From NCBI RefSeq assembly GCF_009914755.1, contig NC_060929.1: a stretch of DNA of 64,000 nt; one strand, written 5' to 3'. A program made the position numbers and the translations under genes. Source of the DNA: the human T2T-CHM13v2.0 reference genome, Homo sapiens. This document shows positions 15,647-30,722 of this stretch, piece by piece (the stretch's first letter is position 1; every line of letters starts with the position of its first letter). A model generated the notes under the pieces. That model saw only the letters and a list, made by a program, of their open reading frames with translations. It ran no database searches and was not told the origin of the DNA.

Positions 15647-16904
15647 AGACTGATAATATCTAGCAATAAATCCCCAACATATCTTGGAATGTGTGACCCA
15701 AAGAAGAATTTTAATACAGAGTAAAAAAAATGAATAAATTCTGATGAGAATCATGAAGTTATTATACAGGATTGTCAGCCATATGATCAGTGGTGCAGTC
15801 ATTCTTCAGTGAGCTATGTGCTTGCCCAGTAATGTTTAAAATGGCTCTTTTCACCTCTACTTGGATGCACTTTAATTCCCAAGAGACACGTATAGCTGCT
15901 CAAGAAATTAAACAGTTTGTTTCATTTAATGTTTGAGGGAAAAAAAATAAATGCCTGACAGTGTGACGGTAGAAACCTTAATTACTATTTCTAGAACCAC
16001 TGCAAATCACTTGTGTGACCATTCTATCTTAATTATATAGCAGAATGAAATGGTACCACTGCCCAAGATAGAATGCTTGCTGTAAAACCTGCCGGAGAAG
16101 AAGATGAAATACTGAAGTGAGAACCATGTTAATGGATAAAACATTAAGGTGGGACTCCAGAAACTATTTCTATTTAATGTATCTTCATTATTTCCTCACA
16201 CAACCAACACTCCTTCAGCTGTAAAATGGAAATAATTATGTTTTCAATCTCTGTGAAATAACATGCAAATAAAACAATCAAAATGTATAGCAATTTTTGC
16301 CACTTGGAAGGAAAAGTTTATTCCAATACAAATAAAAGGAAAAAACTCAGTATAAGGAGGTCAGAATTACTATTTGCAATTTGATTTGTGAACTTCTGAA
16401 GCCACAAGTTATGCTAAGTGAATTTTTTGCAATCAACAAATATTCTTGTCATTTTAAAGGTCTAATTTTCTACAAATTTGGGGGATTGTGGTTTTTATTA
16501 CTCTCCTCCTAAAAATTCTGACTTTCCCACCTAATGCACTTGATGAGCTGCTCACAGACCCATAAAGCAGGTGGCCACAAGATGCAGTGCACCTCTAGGA
16601 AATATAATCGGTGCTTGGCAAATTTGTTTAGGCAGGTGGTCTATGAACACAGGTGTCCTACTAAGCAAGTTTGATTGTGTTTCCAATCTCAGGAGATACC
16701 AGCAAAAAAACACAGGGAAAATATTCAATATGGTTTTATTTCGGGGGAGGTGAAATAGAAGGATTATTACGTAAATAATTTTAAAAATCACGAGAATAGA
16801 TTGTTTGTGGGAGTTGGATTGGAACAGGGATTCAGAGACATGGATAAGGGTCTTGACTCTGTGACCCCAGGTGAGTTACAAACTACCAAAGCATCTGGTC
16901 TTTA

Positions 16905-17080
16905 TCATTTCAGAACTGGAGACAACCTCAGCAATTACTTTGTTCAACCCCTTCATCTTCAAGATGTAAAATCCTAGTCTGAGAGTGAGTAAGGGACTTC
17001 CTGACAGTCCCACAGCCTGGCAGGGGCAAAAACAATGTGGAAACTCACTCCAGAAATCTTGCCACTGTAACATACTGCCC
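16905..17080 (-). mobile_element. MIR/MIR3 SINE fragment
   Basis: 'catcttcaagatgtaaaatcctagtctgagagtgagtaagggacttcctgacagtcccacagc' core-SINE similarity. Confidence 0.55.
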
Positions 17081-17807
17081 CTCCTAACTTAAAAAAGGAA
17101 TTGATAATTTGAATTATTAATATAGACTATTGGATGAACTCTAGAATCCCTTCCAGCTCTAAAATTGCATGCTTCCACATTAAAGCATACTAAAGATGTG
17201 AGAAGTCTTAAGCATTTCCATAGAAAACAAGCAATGTTAAGCTATCTAACTAAACTAACAAAATAGAAAAGCTGAATGTAAATCAAAAATGGAAAAGAAG
17301 GCACTATGTGTTCTCATATCTCAAACTTCAACGTCAAACTTTAACATTTAACCTAAGGCATTTATGTCCAAGATGATTGTTTTTTGTTTATTTACTATTT
17401 CCATTTGCAAAAACTACTCTATTTCAAACTTCCAGGCATCCACAATAAAATCACATTAAGCTAAGTAATAAAATGCCATTATTAGAGTGACAAGAATCTT
17501 CACTACCTGAAGTTATAATGCTTGCTCCCCTACCAACGGGAATGTTGTGAGGATTAATGAGATATTTAGAAAGCATTTTATGCGTACAGAGAAAAGAGCC
17601 TCATAAATGCAAAGGAGAAATAACAGTAGTTTATCTCCCCTATCAGTGGAGGAAAACCTGTCTAAACAGATGGACCTGCAGCAGTGTCTTGAAATTGAGA
17701 AAACACTACCTATGTTAGAGGATGCTTAAGATAAAAGGCTTCTTGAGGGGAAAACAAAAAAAACTACCTCTGAAACTACAGGCATTTTAATCTTCAAGCA
17801 TCTGTTT

Positions 17808-17906
17808 AGTCCTAGTTTGCCAGAGACTGCGCTGTTTCTTGGGATGTGGGATTTGCAGTGCAAAAACTAGGACAGTTCCCAGGAAAGCAGGACAGTTGGT
17901 CACCTA
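17808..17906. mobile_element. MER81 hAT-Blackjack MITE, one end eroded
   Basis: 'gtcctagtttgccagagactg...gggatttgcagtgcaaaaactaggacagttcccaggaaagcaggacagttggtcaccta'. Confidence 0.7.
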
Positions 17907-18228
17907 TTTGTAGGAGTTGTCTCTTAAATAGTTTCTATTTTTTAATACTGCACTGGCAACCTCACTTTTTAGTATTCTAACTCAAGCTTTGAATCACTGA
18001 ATGCATCAAAGTAATGGCATGTTTTAGAGAAATGTATAGGACAAACCATTTAAAGCATAAGAATGAGCTTAATTCTTGTTTCCCAAGACCAATACTTTGG
18101 AGATATCAGCTGAACAAGTGAAACTGTAATAACATTTCAGTCCAAATTCTGCCATCTGATGATCACTAATACCTCAACCTCCCAGCCCACCTCTGGTCTG
18201 CCTAGTATAAGATGCTCACATCAATCTA

Positions 18229-18748
18229 CAGCATGGATCCCCAATCCGCAGGCCATGGACCAGTACTGGTTTGTGTCCTATTAGTAACTGGGCCACACAG
18301 CAGGAAGTGAGCTACAGGCTAGTGAGCAAAGCATCATCTGTATTTACAGCCACTCCCCATCACTCACTTTACCGCCTGAGCTCTGCCTCCTGTCAGATCA
18401 GTGGTGGTATTAGATTCTCATGGGAGCACGAACCCTATGTAAATTGTGCTTGTAAGGGATCTGAGTAGTACACTCCTTATGAGAATCTAATGCCTGGTGA
18501 TCTGTCACTGTCTCTCTCATCTCCCCCAGATGGGACCATCTAGTTGCAGGAAAACAAACTCAGGGTTCCCACTGATTCTACATTATGGTGAGTTGCATAA
18601 TTATTTCATTGTATTATATTTTACAATGTAATATTAATAAAAAATAAAGTGCACAATAAATGCAATGTGCTTGAATCATCCCCAAAACATCCCTCCCTGC
18701 TGCAGTCCATGGAAAAATTGTCTTCCACCAAACCTGTCCCTGGTGCCA
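18229..18748 (+). mobile_element. MER1A hAT-Charlie DNA transposon, right TIR missing
   Basis: 'ggccatggaccagtactgg', 'accgcctgagctctgcctcctgtcagatcag', 'tccttatgagaatctaatgcctg', 'tccatggaaaaattgtcttccac...ccctggtgcca'. Confidence 0.9.
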
Positions 18749-19479
18749 CACAGCCCAGTATCCCACAATAGTGCTCCTGTGATTTACCACTGCACCTCTG
18801 CTCCTCAAGGTCTGACAACAGGAGGAACTTTCCAAGGGAGTATAGCTCTTCAAGGTCACCATAAATTGCCCAATAATGAGAGGGCTCCATTGTTCTCTCT
18901 AAGATGTGGCTGGATAGACCCATTTCCAGAATGTGTCCTATTTGTTGAGCCCTGTTCTCAACACTTTGGAAATGTCAAGGCGATTTTTCTTCTATCAGGG
19001 AACTCTTTTTGATCTTCCTCTTTCCTTGCTTTCACTTATCTTAATTCTCTCCTTTTATTTCTACAAAACCTTGATGTTTAAATAACTTTGCAAAGACATG
19101 TGACATGTAAGAAGGAAATAAAATACGTTGTTAAATATCTTATTTTAAAAAGCAAAATATTCCTGCCATTGGGAAGTTTCTAATCCTGGGAGTACTAAGG
19201 AGAAGGCTTGGGGAAGAAACAGGATAACATAAGGGCTTCACAAAAGCAAATGTCATACAACTTAAAGTATAACTCTACTGTAGTAACCCATGTTAGCATT
19301 TATTTTTCTTTCTTTTTTTCAATATAGTATAACATCAAAGAAAGAAATGGCCCACAGTATTCTTACCCTCTAGCAGATGCCAGGAACACAATGAAACTAA
19401 ATAGTAGAAATAATGTGTATTTATCCATTATCCTGTGGATAACACCTTTCCTACTATAACACCGTAAAATAAATACACC

Positions 19480-19927
19480 TTTTTTTTTATTATTATTATA
19501 CTTTAAGTTTTAGGGTACATGTGCACAATGTGCGGGTTAGTTACATATGTATACATGTGCCATGCTGGTGTGCTGCACCCATTAACTCGTCATTTAGCAT
19601 TAGGTATATCTCCTAATGCTATCCCTCCCCCCTCCCCCCACCCCACAACAGTCCCCAGAGTGTGATGTTCCCCTTCCTGTGTCCATGTGTTCTCATTGTT
19701 CAATTCCCACCTATGAGTGAGAACATGCGGTGTTTGGTTTTTTGTCCTTGCGATAGCAAAGACTTGGAACCAACCCAAATGTCCAACGATAGACTGGATT
19801 AAGAAAATGTGGCACATATACACCATGGAATACTATGCAGCCATTAAAAATGATGAGTTCATGTCCTTTGTAGGGACATGGATGAAACTGGAAATCATCA
19901 TTTTCAGTAAACTATTGCAAGGACAAA
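19480..19927 (-). mobile_element. Short L1PA3-like LINE-1 with 5' inversion (19480-19756 on minus; 19753-19927 on plus)
   Basis: Poly(T) then reverse-complement 3'UTR; switch to plus-strand 'atagcaaagacttggaacc'; TSD AAATAAATACAC at 19467-19478 and 19925-19936. Confidence 0.95.
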
Positions 19928-21124
19928 TAAATACACTTTTTTATTTATCCACATTTGTCAGATCAATTTGAGAAACCACACATTATCAGAAAGAGTGGAA
20001 ATTAGCTTCACAGCTATACTCCGTGGTACCCTTGCTATGCACCAAGTGATCATAAACAGAAAAAAAAAATAAAATAAAAGGCATTCACCCAGCTACCTGA
20101 TCCTCATTTCAGCATACTTATTGTCTAAATAGAGTTATAGCTGCTTTCCTGCTTCTAGTCCCCCATTGATTAATGCCTATTTGACTGTGTTGCTATTTTT
20201 TATTGAAATGTTGCTTAAATTTCAAGGCACTTTCAGCAAGTGCCTTGAAAAACAGGCACTATCTGAAACCATCAAGTCAGGACCCCCGTATTTTCATGGG
20301 TTTTTTCAGCCCTTTGCACACGGATAATTTTGCACTCTTCCTGATTATTTGATCATATGAAAACTGGTCTTAATGTCTTCCTGCAAATTATAACTGCAAC
20401 CTGAGATAAAAATTATAGCTGGATACATAAAAGCAATAACCTTTTTGAAAACTGAAACAGCAACTCCATATTTTAACCATGAACATAAGAAAAGAACATG
20501 CAGAATATTTTTTCAACATGTAAATAAAAAATAAAATATACATTTGTAGTGTGAGAATTTCTTTAAAAATAACAATGCTTCAATTTTAGACATCAAAGAT
20601 ATCACAGATAATTTAAGTTTAGCCATTTTTGTTTGTAATTCTGTGTTCATAAGAGCTTGATGCTAATAATAAATATTTTGGGGGCACCTACTCTTTTCAA
20701 GAGAACCACAGAATGAGAAGTCAGGCTTAAGAAGCTGACAGCCTAGCAGAAACATAACACAAGGATATGAGCCTCTAGAAGAGCTCCAATCCATGAAAGA
20801 ATAAACCACAGTGGATCAGAGAAACATGAGAAAGGAGTTATAAGAGATCGAAAAGGGGATGGATTTCATCCAGAGAAAAAGGACAGGAAATTGTGAAGGA
20901 GAATCACTTGGCATAGACCTTAGAGAACAAGTAAAACTTGTGTAAATAAAAGATAAGGCCTTTTTTTCTTTTCTTTATTATCATTGTCAATAATAATATG
21001 ATATCTTACTATTCATTTTGAATGGTAACCATGACAAATCAAAGAACGTGATCTCTTAAATACCTTTATCTACTTAACATATGTTCATTAATTAGGTATT
21101 GTTGCTGGTTTAGACTCTCTATGG

Positions 21125-21327
21125 TCAGATTCTGGATCTTTTTCACTTATTAGCTGTACAGCTGTGAGCATGTGACTTATGTGATTTGCGTCTCAGTTCC
21201 TTTAGTTGTAAAATAAGCATAATTTCCATTTCTATTTCATAGGATTTTTATGAACATTGAGATAAAACATGCCAAAAGCTCATGGAGAGCCTGGAACATA
21301 GTAAGCAATTTATACGTATTGGTCATT
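21125..21327 (+). mobile_element. MIR SINE
   Basis: 'tctcagttcctttagttgtaaaataagcataat...cataggattttt...cctggaacatagtaagca'. Confidence 0.7.
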
Positions 21328-22681
21328 CTGAACTCTGGCAAGAGGAGCAGCACGAGAAAAAAATCACAGAAGTGGTAACTTTTAAATGTGCTTAAATTCA
21401 TGGGCTACTTTCAATATTGGACATGAAAATCACAGAGAAATTACTAAGGACTGTCAACTTAGAAATGCGGTTTAAGTCATATGGTGAAAGACCATAGATG
21501 CTAAAATAGGGAGCATGTTTTCAAGGAATTGAAGTGACAAACCACAAATGTAAGCTGTTAGATAAAATAAGGAGGAAAAGCCATGTACTTATTGTAGGTG
21601 CCTAGTAAGAAAGTTATAAAGGCCAGTTAGAATAAAAGAGGACCAGTCAAGCTCCAGTGAAGGCTTGCATCTATATCATTTTGCAACTAACTAAAAATAG
21701 GGGCCAAGGAGTTGGAAGATTCAGAAGGGACTTGAAGTTTCACAGCTAACATTAGTATGAGAATGAAGACACTTTAAGTAATAACACAAACATAATGGGG
21801 AGGGGATACTGGGATTGGTAAGGGAAGAGAGAAGGGACAGAATGCATTCCAAAATTACAATTCATCTTCTGCAATACACCTTTGGCCTATTTACTCAACC
21901 AAAATATTCAAGAAAAGGGAAGCTGATGCAATCTAACAGAGTTGTCTCTACACACAGAGATTGTACAAAATATTGTTAAGCATAGAGAAAATAAAATATA
22001 AAATTAAAATTTCTCCTTTTAAGAAGCATAAGGTACAGTAATAGAATAATTTTATTATAGTTTTATTTAATTGAATTTGATTATATAGAGCTATGAAAAT
22101 AAAATTAACCTTACCTAGGTATTATAAATATGAAATTTTACCACTATCCTTGTTCTTATCAATGTCAGAGAATTCCAAGAGAATCAGTGTAATGAGTATG
22201 TGTATTTTGTATGTATATATGGTTTTCAATCCCTCTTAGAGGAGAAATTACAGAAACTAAATATTTTACTTCATTTCAAATACTGTAATTCAAATCCCCC
22301 TTGGTAGCTGGGGATATGCTTTTGAGGTTTTAATTCTTATAGCTAGTGAGATGTTCCTTTCTGGGCACATTTATTTTCCTCTTTTTTCCCTCTACTCTAG
22401 GCTTTTCACAATAGGTTTATCAATCAGCCTTCTTTACTGGAAGATACACAAACAATTATAGTTTAAGAATCATGTTAAGGATACAAGGTATGTGACAGAA
22501 TTGAATAGTCAGTGAACTGGTCCAGGAAATGGGTGGGAACAAAGGTGGTGATGGGAGGGTAGTAACTAGGCAGCAGAAAGTACACCCCCAATTCTTACTA
22601 AGAGTCAGTCTAGGATCCTGCATTGGGCATCACCACTGAACTCCTCTACTGCTCTGCATACTACACCATGATCCTAAATTC

Positions 22682-24386
22682 TTTTTTTAAATTTATTTCA
22701 ATACGTTTTTGGGGAACAGGTGGTATTTGATTTCATGAATAAGTTCTTTAGTGGTGATTTCTGAGATTTTGGCGTATCCATCACCCAAGAAGTGTATACT
22801 GTACCCACTATGTAGTCTTTTATCCCTCCCCACACTGACCCTTTCCTTTGAGGCCCAAAGTCCATTGTATCATTCTTGTACCATTCTGTCCTCATAACTT
22901 AGCTCCCAATTATGAGTGAGAACACACAATGTTTGGTGTTTCCATTCCTGAGTTACTTAGAATAATAGTCTCCAATACCATCTAGGTTGCTGCAAATGCC
23001 ATTATTTGGTCCCTTTTAATGGCTGAGTAGTATTTCCTGGTATATACATACTACATTTTCTTTATCCACTGGTTGATGGATGGGCACTTGGGCTGGTCCC
23101 ATATTTTTGCAATTGCAAATTGTGCTGCTATAAATATGTGTGTGCAAGTATATTTTTCATATAATGACTTCTTTACTTCTGGGTAGATACCCAGGAGTGG
23201 GATTGCTGGATCAAATGGTAGATCTACTTCTGGTTCATTAAGGAATCTCCACACTGTTTCCCACAGTGGTTGTACCAGTTTACATTCCCACCAAGTGTAA
23301 AAGTGTTCCCTTTTCACCACAACCATGCCAACATCTATTATTTTTTTATTTTTCTATTATGGCCATTCTTGCAAGAGTGAGATGGTACCCCATTGTGGTT
23401 TTGATTTGTGTTTCCCTGATAATTAGTGACATTGAACATTTTTCCACATGCTTGTTAGCCATTTGTATATCTTCTTTTGAGAATTGCCTATTCATGTCCT
23501 TAGCTCACTTCTTGATGGGATTTTTGGGGTTTTTTGTTAATTTGAGGTCCTTGTAGATTCTGGATATTAGTCCTTTCTCGACGTATAGATTTTGAAGATT
23601 TTTTTACAACTTTGTGGGTTGTCTGTTAACTCTGCTCGTTATTTCTTTTGCAGATGCTTTTTACCTTAATTCGATCCCATCTATTTACTTTTTTGTTGCA
23701 TTTGCTTTGGGGTTCTTGGTCATGAAGTCTTTGCCTAAACCAATGTCTAGAAGGGATTTTCAGAAGTTATCTTTTGAATTTTTATGGTTTCAGGTCTTAG
23801 ATTTAAGTCTTTGATCCCCCTTGAGTTGATTTTGTATATGGTGAGAAATGAGGATCCAGTTTCATTCTTCTACATGTGGCTTGCCAATTATCCCAGCACC
23901 ATTTGTTGAGTAGGGTGTCCCTTCCCTACTTTATGTTTTTGTTTGCTTTGTTGAAGATTAGTGGGATATAAGTATTTGGCTTTATTTCTGGGTTCTCTGT
24001 TCTGTTCCATTGGTCTATATGCCTATTTTTATACCAGTACCATGTTTTTTTGGTGACTGCAGCCTTATAGTATAGTTTGAAGTTCAGTAATGTGATGTCT
24101 CTACATTTGTTCTTTTTGCTTAGTCTTGTTTTGGCTACCTGGGCCCTTTTTTGGTTCCATATGAATTTTACGATTGTTTTTTCTAGTTCTGTGAATGATG
24201 GTGGTATTTTGAGGGAAATTGCGTTAAATTTATAGATTGCTTTTGGCATTATGATCATTTTCACAATATTGATTCTACCCATCCATGAGCAAGGGATGTG
24301 TTTCCATTTTTTTGTATCATCTACGATTTCTTTCAGCAGTGTTTTGTAGTTTTCCTTGTAGAGTTCTTTCAACTTCTTAGTTAGGT
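22682..24386 (-). mobile_element. L1PB1-like LINE-1, 5'-truncated
   Basis: Reverse-complement 3'UTR 'aataagttctttagtggtgatttctgagattttgg'; ORF2 fragments 23051-23326 and 23926-24372; no TSD found. Confidence 0.9.
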
Positions 24387-25573
24387 GAAACGAGAGGATG
24401 GCACAGCCACATGAGTATCACTTGTCTCACCCTAGCTGCTGGCAGCAAAAAAGAAGTTTGAGGCTTTTTTGACCAATTGCTTTTATGAGTGGGTTTCTAC
24501 TGGGCTATTCTCTATGCTAAAATGTTAGTTCTAGGACTCTCCTTCAATATCTAGGTGAGCATCCACTTCTATCCTAGTTAAAAAAAAAGTGTGGAAGTTT
24601 CTGTGAAAACGCAATCTAGAGACAAGTAGGCACATACTGAATACATAGATTCTAAAACCCTTGAAGACAATGACCTGGTTTGCCTGTCTTGCCTGGCACT
24701 TAGTAGATATTTTATAATCACTATTATTACATGTTTGCATGCATGTAGACATAAATGTATAGATGTAAATATTGACATATAATTTTAATCAACCAGTCAA
24801 TTCAGTAATCTCAAATAGTAAAGCTTTGCATGTCATAATTAAATGACAATGTCCTGCCTGTAGTATCCATAAAGTAACACAAATTAAGTATGAACTAAAG
24901 TAACCAAAATAATTCTTTTGATTAAACAAAGAAGATTGAGTGAAGTATTACTTACTCTAAAATTCATTCTGTTCTAAAGTCAAGGTGGTTTACATAACTA
25001 CCCACCATTGCTGAAAAGAAAGGAATGATATTCATTTCCAGGCAGCTGCAAAAGTCATTTTTTGCAAAGTAGGCATGGAGAGAACTTTAACTCATTTGGT
25101 TGTGGTGTTGCAAGTATCTTGGGAGTATTAATAACAGCATTAGTAGAACTAAAGAAATCACAACATTTTCCAATTATACTTTTTACAGCACTTACTTATA
25201 ACCATAACTAATAATTTTAAGAAAAAATAAAGAGATTATAGCCTTTAAAATGTGTAAACACTGTTTTACATAAAATTATGCTGGTTTATTTACAGTAGGA
25301 TATTTTTATAGTCCTTAAGATGGTTTAATCCATTGTTGGTATCCTAAAGTAAGACAAACTATCTCATTGTTTCCAAATTTAACAGAGGGATTCTGATGTT
25401 TTATTGAACAAAGTTTGGAAAATGTTTCTCTGTACTTTGAAGATGAAAATTTGGGGAATTGCAGAGATTCAGAACTCTATGTAATTACCATGTGAGCCTT
25501 AAAGTAAAATAAATTTTGTATTTCAAAATGAACCATATTGGGATACATGAATACTTAAAAGAGAAGTGCTTCA

Positions 25574-26755
<1,182 letters not shown>

Positions 26756-26824
26756 TAAACAAAAAGCATCTTTGGAAGTCACTGTTAACTATCCTAACAA
26801 GTTTATTAGTTTAGTCTTCCATTT

Positions 26825-28930
26825 ATGCATGCATTCATTCAAAGAAATATTTATTGAGGGAATAAGATTCATCGATATTAAAACAAAATTCAGTCTTTCC
26901 ATTTCCTTAGGATCGCTGCTTTACAGAGGAGAAGGCATATTATGACAATATGCATAATAAAAAAATTAGAAAAAATAGATGAGATGCAAAAGTAGAGCAG
27001 GGAATAGAGACATTAACTCTGCAGATGGTAAAGGCGGCTTCATGGAAGAAGAAACCACTTAAGTCTTAGGATACTTAGGGTTTATTGGGAAAAAAAAATA
27101 GGGAAAGAATGCTTTAAATGCAGAAGAAATGTATGTGCAAAGTCATGTTGCACAATATGTAACATCGGGTCATTTTTATCTGCACCTAAGTGACTCGGGT
27201 GAAACTCCATGAGAAAATGTTGAAGAAAAAAATTAGGCAAAGTCCACATCAAGAAGGTGTTTGCAAGTCAAGAGAATCAGTTTCAGAGATGTGAGGACTT
27301 GTTGAGGGAATTTTATAAGGAGTTGATGGTATATCTGAGTTGCATTTTAGAGAAGTAAACACACTGGGGTAGAATGGGCAGATTAAAGGGAGAAAATACT
27401 AAAGGCAGAGAGACCACTTGGAGTGTCTTCACAGTTAACAAGGGAAAATTAACAAGATCTTTTAATTTCAGAAAGCCCACTATAAACAACACCACCAGGC
27501 TCTCCAGCTTCCAACTCTAGCAATCTTACATCAATGCTTTGACTCCTCAAGACCGCAAGTCCCTTGACTTTCATAAGTTTTCATTATCCATCACTATGTT
27601 CATCTTCACTTGCCATCATGACTAGTTTAAATTCCATAGTTAACTATTAAAATCATCCTTTTAAAAACATCCTTTACTCCTATGCATGTGTCTTCTTCCA
27701 CACACAAATCCAAACTTGTGTGGGCCTAATTATCTTCTTACTTTTCTAAGGCTAGTTCTGAACAGTTGAATGTTCCTGGATAAAATACACATATAAGGTG
27801 ATTATTGCCATTTCAATACAACTATTCATTTAGCAAATATTTACTGAGAGCCTACTATATGTCAGGCATATGTTCTAAGATCTGGGGATATAGAAATAAC
27901 AAGACATAATTAATATCCTCCTGGACTTTGCCTTCTAGTGAAGAAAATCTATAAACAAAATAGGCAGACAAAAGTCAATGAATACATAAAATAATTTTAG
28001 TAACAAATATATATGAAAGAAACATCAAGGGAAGTGAATAAAAATAGGATGAAAAGGCAACTACATAAGGTGGTCAGGGGAGAGCTTTCAGAAGAGATGA
28101 AATCAGGGCTAAGAATGGAATGATAGGAACTGTGAATATCTAGGAAAAGAGCCCTAAAATATCTCTCAATTCACTCAGAGTAAAAGCCACAAGTCATCAT
28201 GGCTGTTAGAATGTCCTCCAGCAAGAAAGGGCTCTGCCATTTCTGTAGCCACAACTCCTTTTACTCTCCCCTTGGTTCACTCTGTTCCAGTCACATAGGC
28301 CTACTTGGCTAGCACACAGCAGGCAAGTGCCACTAGCCTTTGTATTGGCTTTGAAATGACTGTCCTCTCTATCTAGAACTCTTCCCTCGATAGCTTTATG
28401 GCTCTCTCATTTCCTTCAAATCCTACCATTTCAATGAGGCCTACCCCGACCTGCTCAACTCCCACTACTTAAAATCTCAACATGCTTCCCAAAACCCAGG
28501 TGTTCCTGATCCTCTTAACCTGCTACACATTTTTTCTTTTTCTAAAGCATGCTTTTCTGATATATCAGATGACTTATTCATTTATTTATTTATGTTTTTA
28601 ATTTCTTACCTTTTCTTGCCTCAGGCCCTCGGCTAACTTGTAAATTTAGCAGAAATCTTTGTTCTGTTTATTGAGAGATGACCAATAACTAGAACAGCAC
28701 TGGTATGCTATAGGTATTCAATAATCATTTGTTAAATAAATGAAGAGTTTTAAGTAGAGAAAACAGCAAGTAGAAAGACCATGAGTTAGGAACAAGCTCA
28801 GCATGTTCAAAAAAACACTATGACTCTCATAGTATGAACATGAAGAGAAAAGGGAGATGAAGTGCAGAAGTACATATGCCTTTTAGGCTATGGCAAATAA
28901 TTTCTATTTCATTTTATTTTATTCTAAGTG
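26825..28930. mobile_element. Cluster of degraded L2 fragments in both orientations
   Basis: L2 3'-end signatures: 'cattcaaagaaatatttattgag' (about 26837, minus), 'attcatttagcaaatatttactgagagcctactatatgtcaggc' (about 27824, minus), 'taggtattcaataatcatttgttaaataaatgaa' (about 28710-28744, plus). Confidence 0.65.
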
Positions 28931-29379
28931 TCAACTGGATTTAACTTCAGCGAGTTTGACAATTTTCTGATTTTTTACCCTTTTCTTTACCCTCTTCTTA
29001 TTATTCTTTTTCCCCTTATCTTCTGAAATGCCAAATGTTACAGCTTTATCAAAATAGTTAATGACCTCCCTCTTCCTTCATGAGTTCAGAACAAAATGAG
29101 AGATAGAGGCAAAAGTCAGAAAGCAAGATATACAGATACAAACTTCATCCTTGAATTAGATATTTCTTTCAATGAAGACATTGGCATGACCAGATCTCTT
29201 CCCGAGGGCCTGACCAAAAGCCACAGAGGAAACCAGCCTATGTACTTCCTGTTGACCAAATGGCTTCCGAAGAGAAAGAAAGGACAGGACTGAATCCAAA
29301 ATCACCAGTCAGATAAGTCACCTCCTTCCCATGGAATGGGAGTAAAGATGTCCTTGTATACAGGTTCCTCCAAATAAAA

Positions 29380-29570
29380 TGAGAAATCAAGGACTGCTGC
29401 TGTAGAGTCCTAATTCCCAGGTAGTTCTGGCCCCTCACATTCAAGCAGAACATCTTTGAGCAGCTGGAGAAAGCCCTCAGGCAAGGAGATGCCGGGACCA
29501 GCAGCTGGAAGTGGGAAGGAGTTCACTGTAACAGTAAAGTCCAAGGCCACTTCATCAGGACACCACCAAA
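29380..29570. mobile_element. Old MLT1-type MaLR LTR fragment
   Basis: 'ctttgagcagctggagaaagccctcaggcaaggagatgc...gctggaagt' resembles old MLT1 subfamilies. Confidence 0.4.
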
Positions 29571-29709
29571 TCTCAAACTGACCTGCCCTTACACCAGTCT
29601 TCTCTGCCTTTCTTTCTGATACAATAAATTTGCTGTAGTCTTACTGTATAACTTGTTTTATAGTATAATGTTCTTTCACTAAATTTCACATGCTAAAATG
29701 CATGGGGAA

Positions 29710-30722
29710 AAAGAAAGGAAATCAGTATATATCAAAGAGATATCTGCAGTCCCAAATCTGTACACCAACCAACCATAACATGCAGTTTACCTATATAACA
29801 ATCCTGCATATGTGCCCTAACAGAATTGCCACTCAACCTGGCAGTCTTATTACTGGGTATATACCCAAAGGAATATAATTTATTCTACTGTAAAGACACA
29901 TACACACATATGTTTATTGCGGCACTCTTCACGATAGCAAAGACGGAATCAACCTCAATGCCCATCAACAGTAGACAGGATAAAGAAATTATGGTACATA
30001 TACACCATGGGATACTAAACAACCATAAAAAGTGAGATAATGTTCTTTGCAGCAACATGGATGGAGCTAGAGACCATTATCCTAATCAAACTGATGCAGA
30101 ACAGAAAACCAAATACTATATATTCTAAATTATAAGTGTGAGGTAAACAGCGAGAACATGTGGACCCAAACAGGAGAACACTGGGGTCTATTTGAGGGTG
30201 GAGGGTGGGAAGAGGGAGAGGATCAAAGAAAAATGCCTATCAGGTACTATGCTCATTACCTGGGTGATGAAGTAATCTGTACACCTAACCCCGACAACAC
30301 ACAGTTTACTTATGTAACAATCCTGCACATGTACCCTAAACATAAGAAAAACGTTTAAAAAAGAGTTGATTGCATGGAAGCAGAGATAGAATAGTGGTTA
30401 CCAAAAGCTGGAAAGGGAAATCAGCAGGAGAACGGATGAAGAGAAGTTGTTTAATGTGTGTAAAAATACAGTTAGATAGAAGGAATAAGTTATAGTATTT
30501 GATTGTACAGTAAGAAAATTATAGTTAACAATAATTTACTGTATACTTCAAAATAACTAGAAGAAGTGTAATGTTCCCAATGCAAAAAAAAGATAAATGT
30601 TTATGACAAGGGATATCCCAATTATACTGATTTGATCATTGCACAATGTATACATGTATCAAAATATCACATGTACTCTGAAGGTATGTACAACCATGAT
30701 ACAGCAATAAAAATACTTTAAA
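29710..30722 (+). mobile_element. Composite: L1MA 3' end (29710-29754, 30361-30722) with an L1PA15/16-like insert (29755-30360)
   Basis: L1MA 'aaggaaatcagtatatatcaaagagatatctgc'; L1PA 3'UTR ending 'gtaccctaaacataagaaaaacgtttaaaa'; L1MA 3'UTR 'aaaatacagttagatagaaggaataag'. Confidence 0.85.
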
